Shown: positions 55,501 to 64,000 of the stretch, one piece after another
How the letters are laid out: the number at the start of each line of letters is the position of its first letter
How positions within the stretch are numbered: the stretch's first letter is position 1
NCBI GenBank assembly: GCA_002633005.1
Contig: NMRA01000212.1
Location: 609,312-673,311 of the forward strand
DNA from: Phoronis australis
Taxonomy: Eukaryota; Animalia; Phoronida
DNA: 64,000 bases
Direction: 5' to 3'
Notes under the pieces: model-generated
The model's input: only the letters and a program-made list of their open reading frames with translations
Database searches by the model: none
What the model was told of the DNA's origin: nothing
Position numbers and translations under genes: made by a program

Positions 55501-56592
55501 TCATAGCTGTAGTTTGGAGCCTTTTTCAAGAGGAATTAGGAAGGAGAGTAACATCTACGGATCACCAGACCAGTGGTGAAACATTCTGTAAACTAACACT
55601 TACACACTCATGCCAAATTTCAGAACGTCCATGTTGTGACCTTTCAATAACAAAGGTCATGAAGGTTTGAGACTATATAAACTTCAAACGTACCTATCTT
55701 GAAAAACATAACGTTAAATTTCTACCTAAACTACAATCTATGGAGTTAAAATTTAATTTTAAATTTGATAAATGAGCCTAATTTCTATTTTTAACTGTGT
55801 AACAGGACAAAAAAACCGCCTCATATGAAATACCAAGCGAGTGAAGAATCACGTGACTAATACCGGCAGCCATGATGGTGGGTGTTCTTATTTACTAGTA
55901 TTTTATTCATTATAATTAATAAGACATGGATGAGACATGAACTAACTTGTGTGTGCGTTCCTTCTTGAGCGCAAAAAGTTGATTTGAGCTTTAACATGGC
56001 ATCTGTGGCAGTTGTCCCTACGTTCAGGCTGGCAAAAATGCACATTGTTCAAGACGAGCACAGACTGAGACTTCCTGCTCAGTCACTTGCAAGTGGTTAC
56101 GACCCAATTACTGAAGTAGCCAGCTAGGCGACGGCACAAAGCCCGTACGCCGAACGATTTGCTGCAAATTTTGCTTAACCCTGGTTAAAATATCAAAGTT
56201 ACATTACTATATGTACCTTTGGAATGTGGATGGACACCTGTGGCTGTGGAGGTTGCCAGCCAGCTAGCTGTATGTCTTGTATGAAGCTATGAAGACTATC
56301 ATCAAAATACAGCTAGGTACCACTGTGTGTAGACCCCAAAATTGCACACAGCCATGGTAGTTCTACTTGTCACCTCGCCGTGAAACTTTTGTATCAACAT
56401 GTAAAGCTAAAGACCGGACAGGGTGCATGCAAAATCTGGGAATCAACCGACACTCACCTTGCCCGTTACATCCGTTCAAGTGCGAAACAATGCAATAAAC
56501 GTCATTTGCTCGCGTAACTCTCCGCCTATTTTAACAATGAAAAGTATGTCGTCGTTTTGAAAACAGTACGCTCGTGTCACGGCAAGCGCCAT
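49396..56592 (-). CDS. MGME1: Mitochondrial genome maintenance exonuclease 1 (PD-(D/E)xK nuclease), gene span, ~436 aa
   Basis: Exons 56592-56570 (tentative), 54482-53710, 52473-52248, 51087-50955, 49551-49396, phases consistent. Motifs YPSVSKIL, LERWK..LGEEGF, KYGGIVDCVA, VIEWKTS, PLQVAAY. Confidence 0.92.
50955..51087 (-). CDS. MGME1: MGME1 exon with (D/E)xK motif
   Basis: LCVIEWKTSKK..YDYPLQVAAYMGALN. Confidence 0.95.
52248..52473 (-). CDS. MGME1: MGME1 exon with catalytic Asp motif
   Basis: FLKGRLLHEHIQ..HPYLKYGGIVDCVAVFR. Confidence 0.95.
52657..52817. repeat. Perfect 31-bp tandem repeat, 5.2 copies, in an MGME1 intron
   Basis: Unit tcagggatcttatgaataagacttagtgatt. Confidence 0.97.
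53613..53682. mobile_element. MITE, same family as 12987-13062
   Basis: atgggcagtgcagc..ctatagccc..cctatggtgcacgcccatg; TSD not preserved. Confidence 0.7.
53710..54482 (-). CDS. MGME1: MGME1 large exon
   Basis: ttacag| acceptor; low-complexity N-terminal part, then YPSVSKILEQT..LERWKKMMIAQLGEEGF. Confidence 0.92.
55310..55350. mobile_element. 41-bp minimal MITE with 5-bp TSD (reverse copy of 12987 family)
   Basis: TAGGA|cacgggtggtgcacc..ggctgcgccgcccacg|TAGGA. Confidence 0.75.
56570..56592 (-). CDS. MGME1: MGME1 tentative first coding exon
   Basis: gaaATGGCG context, MALAVTR|, phase 2 fits next exon and gives an acid-free presequence-like N-terminus; donor GC|gtactg is weak. Confidence 0.4.
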
Positions 56593-56800
56593 TTCCTAAA
56601 TTTTTGCAACAACTTCACAGCAGCAAAATTTGTTTTGAAATTCGGTTTTGCGGTATCAAAATTCTAAAAACTTACAATGAAGTGAAACCAGTTCCAATAC
56701 ATTGTTGTGGCGTGTACGCAAGCTCGTGAAAGAACAACAGTTGATTGAAGAATCTGTGAAAAAAGAAACTGGCCAATAGGTGACGCAATATTTCATGGTG
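56593..56800. promoter_or_regulatory. Probable bidirectional promoter between MGME1 and SNX5/6
   Basis: Divergent gene starts; CCAAT (~56773) and CRE-like TGACGCAA (56781-56788). TSS positions unknown. Confidence 0.5.
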
Positions 56801-57979
56801 CCGAAAGCCGTCGCTAAAGATCGCTCCACAACTTTAGCAGCAGAATAACATTAGAACGCCATTTTTTCCAACACCGTTTAATAATTTTGTTTACTCAAAG
56901 AAGACTATAGGTTTTAATGACACTAATTTTGTGTGTGATTTTATATTTAGTATACAGCTTTGTATCAAGGCTACTGTGGAGGCAGTTGTATTACTAGTAG
57001 TTGGAGTCTTTTATTAAAATTTATATCCTTCCAACTCGAGCAAATACTCCCGCCATCAAGTCCTTCATTCGGTCTAAGAAACTGAACACTGAATGCCATT
57101 ACAGTCGACGTACTCGAGGTCAAACAGGAAGGTACAGAGTGTTGTGGAGAGGTCACCCGTCTGCATAATGCAGTAGACAATGACCACCGTCTTTAGCTGG
57201 CCCCAGTAGAGATGGTAAAGCTCCAAAAGCCGGAAGCTTTTCGGCAGATTATGCCTCACACTGATTGAACCATCAAAGCCACAATGTTATAAGTGCCTTT
57301 TGTGCATAGAGGGACACCTTAGGAGATCATCGATGTCTAATTCCTTCCAACTAGAACAAACACTCCCGTAACCAAACTTTCTTCAAGCAATCCTTTGTTC
57401 AGTTGTCTGAATTGGCAGCTGGCCATTTTTAACACTGCACATGCTCCTGGTGGCGCATTATGAGACGTGAATTTTGGTCTTGCATAAACATTGGCTTTCC
57501 AGGATAGGTTTGTCATCAAAACGTTTTTGAAGAAATTTGCAATTTTTTACCCTCACATAATAAAATACTTTCCATTTATGTGACCTTCATAAGAATTCAC
57601 GAAGTCAACTTTCAAAAGAAATCTGCTGTTAATCCCAGTTTCAAAAATACTAACTCGGTCATTTCCATTTCCATTGATAACGAGTGAAACGCAGTTGAGT
57701 GACTGCCAAATATGGACCTTACGTAGGTCAGTTTTGATTGATTCCCATAAGACACGGTTTCTCAAACCATGATCCTAACTTTTTAGCAAATTCACTTTTG
57801 TGTAAGAAAAAATAGATTTGTTTAAAAAGTGTTGATATTATTGCATCATCTGGGAATGAAAGTGATTAAGACCCAAAGTAATGTAATTGCAGTTGCACTT
57901 GTCGAGATCAAGAATGTTTTTGAAAGGGTAGACATTTTGTGAAAACAATATTTAGAAAGAGGTTTGCATGTATTGACTC

Positions 57980-58096
57980 ATTTCATGATGATCGTCCGGT
58001 TTACTTGACATTGAATTTCACACCTGCTTATGATCTACAAAAATAGTTTTGTGTCTTTCAGCTACAGTATTTGTAAGCATGTATTGTCTGACATAT
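57980..58096 (+). ncRNA. Candidate intronic box C/D snoRNA (U45/SNORD45-like guide)
   Basis: ATGATGA at 57985, CTGA at 58088, preceded by GCATGTATTG complementary to conserved 18S UAAUACAUGC; no terminal stem. Confidence 0.3.
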
Positions 58097-58215
58097 TTCA
58101 CATCTAGTCAGAACGCCATGCATTTTTTTGTTATTAGCTTTGGAGTGTAATGTTTTCTGTGTTATTACAAAAATCTGAAAGTCCCTAGCGTTATATGACA
58201 ACTTGATCTTTGCAG

Positions 58216-58257
58216 GACGGACTGGATGATAGCCCTGACCTCTTGGAGGAAGATAAG
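58216..58257 (+). CDS. SNX6: SNX5/6 exon
   Basis: [14 protein letters not shown], resembling the SNX6 N-terminus; ttgcag| and |gtacgg. Confidence 0.88.
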
Positions 58258-61200
58258 GTACGGTGAGGTTGTCCTTGGTAAACTGTTATTTGTCATATAA
58301 GATTTTGTTATTCTTGTGTTTATAAGTTTCTAAGTATGAAATATTCACAACTTTGAAAGAAGAAAAAAAATTATCTCTACAGTTGCTCTGTTGTCATTAT
58401 ACCTTTGTGCTATATTCTCAGTTGATGCACTGCACTACTTTAGACATAAAGAACCCCATGGTTGCAATTTGCAATGTGCTGTAGGTGTGGATATCAACAA
58501 ATATCTATCAGTGTGTGCTCTTCACTTCTTAACATTGGGGTCCATTGGACCCACCTTCATTAAAGAACCTCAGGATTGCAATCCTATACGTGCTGTATAT
58601 GGATGTCGTCAAATATCTTCATCAGTGCACTACACTTCTAAACATTCAGGTCCATTGTACCTCCCTTGAAAATTTTTTTGGGTTCCATGAAACTGCAGAA
58701 ATCATTCAGAACATTCATTTTGGACAAAGTTTTAACCTTTGACGCAAGTAACACTTAGCAGAGTACACATACCATTCAGAGTTCATGACCCACGCAATGC
58801 AATTGTAGCGGGAGTGGTTTAAGAGAGTAACCAAGAGAATAAAGGGATGAATCTCAGTTTTAGTGTTGTTTCTTAGAGCCTAACAAAAATTGCATCCCAG
58901 GTGACCTCATAACGTCAACATTGGCCTTTTTTAGTTGGAGCGTCAAATGCTGCAAAATGCAACCTGGGGGATCTGTCTTATAGTTAGATTTTTGATACGA
59001 GTTGTTCAGTTGTGGTGTTGAGAATCTAAACAGTTGGAGGATAGGTTTAGTTATTGTTCTTACTATAATGTGTCGATTCCTTTCAGAAGACGAGATCAGA
59101 GAGTGTGGATATTCACACAGACACATCGTTGATGGTTGATATATCTGATGCTTTGAGTGAAAGAGACAAGGTCAAGTTCACAGTGCATACAAAGGTAACA
59201 TCTGTTGAAGGTTTATGTAGTCTTGGCTTTGTGCTTTGAGATTAGAGCGTGACTTTGCAGCTGTATAAATTGATGTATGATGGAAAAGCTGTTTGACTTC
59301 CGAAATTTAGTTCCTTGTGAAAATTTAGTTATTTTAGGATCACCTTTGCCAAGGAAATCTGTTGAAATTAGCCAAAATGGGTGCATTAGTTTTCACTTCC
59401 GTGGGACCCATTCATGAAAGTATTTCCCTTAGGTTTTAGCAACTCTTTGAACTGTGGTAGTTGATCGGCCCTCAAGTCATGATACCAGACATAAGACAGC
59501 AAGAATTCTTGACTATGGACTAGAGTAATGTATGGATTTAGCCTTGATTTGGAAACACTTCAAGTTGAAACCAAATGGGAGGTTTTTGTAAATATATTAA
59601 AATGTGTGAATTATTACAATTGATTTCCTCAGTCATGCATTTAAGTTGAATTTTACAATTCTTGCGTCTTGTCTTTGATGCTCTCATGTACGATTTGTGA
59701 AATTTTCAATGATTACAGACTACACTCGCAAGCTTCCAGGAGCCAGATTTCTCTGTCGTTCGTCAACATGAGGAGTTTGTGTGGTTACATGACAGATATG
59801 TTGAGAACGAAGACTACGCAGGAATTGTGGTAGGTGAACGCGTATAATTCCCATCAGTTGAGTCCAAGCGGACCGAGAAATTTTATCCGAATAAGGGCCA
59901 AGTACACATATTACATCAACTGTGCCACAGAACTTTGTCCCAGTTAAGCAAAAAAGTACAACTTAAGCATAAAGTGCGTTTTACTGTTGTGTCCATTTCT
60001 TAAGAGCAAATCAGTGTNTGCATACAAAGGTAACATCTGTTGAAGGTTTATGTAGTCTTGGCTTTGTGCTTTGAGATTAGAGCGTACTGATTAATTTAGT
60101 GCTTAAATTCCTAACATACAATTTTGAAAGTCATGAATTTGATTTCTCAATCACAACAAACTATTGTTGCCAATTGGCTGAACTCTCTGCAAAGTTTCTT
60201 TCGTAATTCTTTCATCTTTGAGCCTGATGTTGATGTGACTGGGTAAAAGTAGAAAACCTTCAGGCACTGATTGCACTTTCACAGCACTTTGTACTTTGTC
60301 TATAGATTTCAAGAAGAACTGCTGTCCTCACGAAGCCTCTTTATCAGGAACATGGATTTTAAGCTCATTTAGTGTTGAGTGAAGCAGTTATGATAGACAG
60401 ACTGACTTTGCAGCTGTATAAATTGATGTATGATGGAAAAACTGTTTGACTTCCGAAATTTAGTTCCTTGTGAAAATTTAGTTATTTTAGGATCACCTTT
60501 GCCAAGGAAATCTGTTGAAATTAGCCAAAATGGGTGCATTAGTTTTCACTTCCGTGGCACCCATTCTTGAAAGTATTTCCCTTAGGTTTTAGCAACTCTT
60601 TGAACTGTGGTAGTTGATCGGCCCTCAAGTCATGATACCAGACATAAGACAGCAAGAATTCTTGACTATGGACTAGAATAATGTATGGATTTAGCCTTGA
60701 TTTGGAAACACTTCAAGTTGAAACCAAATGGGAGGTTTTTGTAAATATATTAAAATGTGTGAATTATTACAATTGATTTCCTCAGTCATGCATTTAAGTT
60801 GAATTTTACAATTCTTGCGTCTTGTCTTTGATGCTCTCATGTACGATTTGTGAAATTTTCAATGATTACAGACTACACTCGCAAGCTTCCAGGAGCCAGA
60901 TTTCTCTGTCGTTCGTCAACATGAGGAGTTTGTGTGGTTACATGACAGATATGTTGAGAACGAAGACTACGCAGGAATTGTGGTAGGTGAACGCGTATAA
61001 TTCCCATCAGTTGAGTCCAAGCGGACCGAGAAATTTTATCCGAATAAGGGCCAAGTACACATATTACATCAACTGTGCCACAGAACTTTGTCCCAGTTAA
61101 GCAAAAAAGTACAACTTAAGCATAAAGTGCGTTTTACTGTTGTGTCCATTTCTTAAGAGCAAATCAGTGTCGTTAGCTGATTTTCAAATTTGGCTACAGT

Positions 61201-63709
61201 GAGAGAAGCCTTTGATGTGAGATGACTCAGTAATGCCTGCAGCATTTTAAGAGTGATTTTTTCAGTGCTTGCTATCCGCGTGTATATCAATGTTGAGATC
61301 ACCTGACATTTTGGTCAAAGTGAAGACGTCTGCTTTTTTCATTTTTCATCTGTTCCCTCCGTCAATGCAGTTTTTAGCATTTTCACTAGAAATACCATGT
61401 ACCACAGCAGAGGACTCACAATTCCATTTGTTATGGCATAAGTATAAATTAATCCTCGATGTTCTTGATAAAGTGACATAAATTTCAGTTTGTGGAAATT
61501 TCTGTTGAAGCCAATAGCCACTTACAGGGATTTGGGATTTTGAGAACCAGTTTGATGCCCATTATGTGTTAGAGAAAACTGGTTCTCAATGTCTGGGACT
61601 CCTGTAAGTGATTATTACCAAACTGAGTTTGACTGAGCCAAATCCCAGGACTGCATTAAACTGGTTTGCTGTAAGGCGTTGTTGCAACTAATCAATGTTA
61701 CACTGTATTTACTGTAGATTCCACCGGCTCCTCCCAGGCCCGACTTTGATGCGTCGAGAGAGAAACTTCAGCGTCTCGGCGAGGGTGAAGGGACGATGAC
61801 TAAAGAGGAGTTTGCAAAAATGAAGCAAGAACTTGAAGCGTGAGTATCTGAACACGCATCGGAACTTTTTTAATGTAGAATTATACTTGACTTTTTACTC
61901 AGTAATTAATTTGGAAATATACTCTTTATACGTCTAATTTCATGGATGAGGTTTAGTGTGTATGATGTATCATGTTATGGTATTGTCTTTAGTGCTTTGG
62001 CCAAAGTATTCTGCAAGTTTTTAATGGCTTTCGAATATTCTGTGGCCTGCAGGTTTTTAGATTGGTCAAAGACTTGTTGACATTGTTTTGACCCAGTTCA
62101 TTGTTTGGAAAGCTGCTTTAGCTTGATTTTCCTTGGCTTCAAAATCCAGGCACCAATACATGTTCAGTATTCGCCAGGGACTCTACATAGTATTCAAACA
62201 AGATCCTCCATTCCAGCCTGTGAATTGTTAGTGTTACAACTCGCGCTCCACCTGCTTTCACCTCTTCACCACGCTTTATACCGTCTACTGTCAGACATTG
62301 AGCATCTCTGTGTTTGAAATGTTGCACTGCACAATCAAGGGCTGGCTTGGATGACCATGGCCATTTCTGCCTGGGCAAATAGCAAGAACAGCAAAATATG
62401 TGCACTCTGAAATGAGCATCACAAATGAATGTTTATGCTTCTAAATAGTCCACCAAGACCTTAACAAACAAGGTCTTGTGTGGAGGTATGTTTAGTACAT
62501 TTGTTGTCAATTTAATATGTTTTAGTAATTAAAATTCATCAATGAATCCATTTAGTTTAATTACTACAGGTGTTTAGCTGTGTCTTAAATGCCCATAGTC
62601 AAACTAGCGATCTGACACAAAAACGCCCCATGCCTCCAATTTGCTTGTGTAGTGGTAGACTCATTTTAAGTGGGTTGGACAGTGGTATGCGATATGAAGC
62701 TTGTTAAAACTGTTCACCTTTGATTTCATTTCAGTGAGTATTTAGCAACATTTAAGAAAACAGTTGCCATGCATGAAGTATTTCTCCAGCGCTTAGCCGC
62801 ACACAGCACCCTTAGAAATGATGTCAACTTTAAAGTTTTTCTCGAGTACAAGAAAGATGTAAGTTGTAGATCTGTTTATGGCAAGTTTTCAATAAACACC
62901 ATGTGACCGGCCTTTATTTCGAACACTTTACAACTGCAGGCTCATGAGAATACGTTTGGAGTCACATTTAAACATTTTAGGATTTCCTAAAATGGGCAGT
63001 GTGGATATGTGCCAAATTTCAAAGTCGAGGCTTCATGAAAAACAACCTAGTTTATTTCATCACAATTTAGGGCCTTTCTACGAAATAAAGTTCACTAACT
63101 GCAGTTAATAGTGTAGGCTCTGTTTCCGAGAGTACACCCAGGCTTAAACTTCGGGCGTACTAGACAAAGAAAAAATATGCAGTCTTCTGAATATATGCCC
63201 AGTATAGGTTTTGTATAATTACTTCTTTAACCAAACAGTGATAAACTAACCAAGGTCATTGCAGCAGCTGACTCGAGCCAACTTTTTGTTCATTTTGGCA
63301 TTAGTTGCAATCCATTAAATCAGTTTAAGAGCAGTTTCATTGACATACTGACATGTTGTTGTGGGAGTGTTTGTCTTTTTCTGAAACACAGCGTTTCAAA
63401 TTTATGATATACCAAAAAAGTATGAGACTTTTTCGATCTACAAATTTCTGTTTGATATTTCATTCGTAATTTGCCAGGATTGCCATTTTTTTAAGTTCAC
63501 GTAAATGGCAAACTCTGATTATAGTTTTACATTACTTTCATTCAGTCTGTGACTTGCTCTAGTTTGCATAAATATGACTGTTCACCTGTCACCTGCCTCT
63601 CTCTGTGTTGCAGTTGAGTGTAAGAGACAAGAATAGGACTGAGAAACTAAAGAGTTTTTTCAGTAATGTTACAAAGACTGCAGATGAAGTGCTATTAGCC
63701 AATCAGAAG
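58216..63709 (+). CDS. SNX6: Sorting nexin 5/6 (PX-BAR), 5' part; continues beyond window
   Basis: Exons 58216-58257, 59087-59194, 59719-59829 (= 60872-60982), 61718-61839, 62735-62858, 63614-63709. Motifs [65 protein letters not shown]. Start Met lies in an unlocated tiny upstream exon (candidates ATG|gt at 56795-56797 or 57212-57214). Confidence 0.95.
59087..59194 (+). CDS. SNX6: SNX5/6 exon (PX start)
   Basis: [22 protein letters not shown]. Confidence 0.96.
59719..59829 (+). CDS. SNX6: SNX5/6 PX exon, copy A
   Basis: [27 protein letters not shown]; identical copy at 60872-60982. Confidence 0.85.
60872..60982 (+). CDS. SNX6: SNX5/6 PX exon, copy B (haplotype duplicate)
   Basis: Identical to 59719-59829, on the other side of the N at 60018. 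Confidence 0.85.
61718..61839 (+). CDS. SNX6: SNX5/6 exon (PX helical hairpin)
   Basis: [41 protein letters not shown]. Confidence 0.97.
62735..62858 (+). CDS. SNX6: SNX5/6 exon
   Basis: [30 protein letters not shown]. Confidence 0.97.
63614..63709 (+). CDS. SNX6: SNX5/6 exon
   Basis: [24 protein letters not shown]. Confidence 0.95.
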
Positions 63710-64000
63710 GTAAACTTTTCTATTTCTTTTCTATTTTGTGGTGTTTATTAAACTCTGTCATTTACCTTGTCATCAGAACTGAGTTTGAGACAAATAATTG
63801 TTATTTTTTTTATATTGAATGACGCTTGACCTTTGTTGAACAATTTGGTGACGGTTCCTCTGATTGCTCAGTTGATCGGTCAAACTCTCGTGCGAAAGTA
63901 ACCCAACATACACAGTTTTTTACTGGCTGAAGCAGTTACAGATATTGGGTTATGAATTTCTTTCATCACTTTGACTAAGCTGACATAAGTATACTCTTCC

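Larger units (their letters stand above)
59184..61170. other. Gap-flanking haplotype duplication (59184-60017 vs 60019-61170)
   Basis: Near-identical, abuts the N at 60018; 318-bp indel at 60086-60403. Confidence 0.88.

Overview
Eukaryotic (invertebrate animal, probably a heterozygous bilaterian) genomic DNA with three spliced genes. (1) A complete ALK receptor tyrosine kinase gene on +, 28 phase-consistent coding exons from 4280 to 46255, about 1433 aa. Its order is signal peptide, an unassigned ~145-aa domain, LDLa, MAM, LDLa, MAM, TNF-like/Gly-rich, EGF-like, TM, kinase, and a tail ending TWL*. (2) MGME1 mitochondrial exonuclease on -, 49396 to ~56592, tail-to-tail with ALK. (3) The 5' part of an SNX5/6 sorting nexin on +, head-to-head with MGME1 and running off the window. 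Introns carry MITEs (several with clear 5-bp TSDs), LINE/SINE/Penelope-like remnants, mini- and microsatellites. Three single-N gaps are each flanked by false duplications representing two haplotypes that differ by an indel. I see no prokaryotic-type system and no CRISPR array. The best leads are the unusual ALK N-terminus with a splice-donor minisatellite, the MGME1/SNX5-6 head-to-head pair with a possible intronic C/D snoRNA, and a Penelope-type hammerhead remnant. All calls are by-eye; comparisons to human or fly sequences are from memory.
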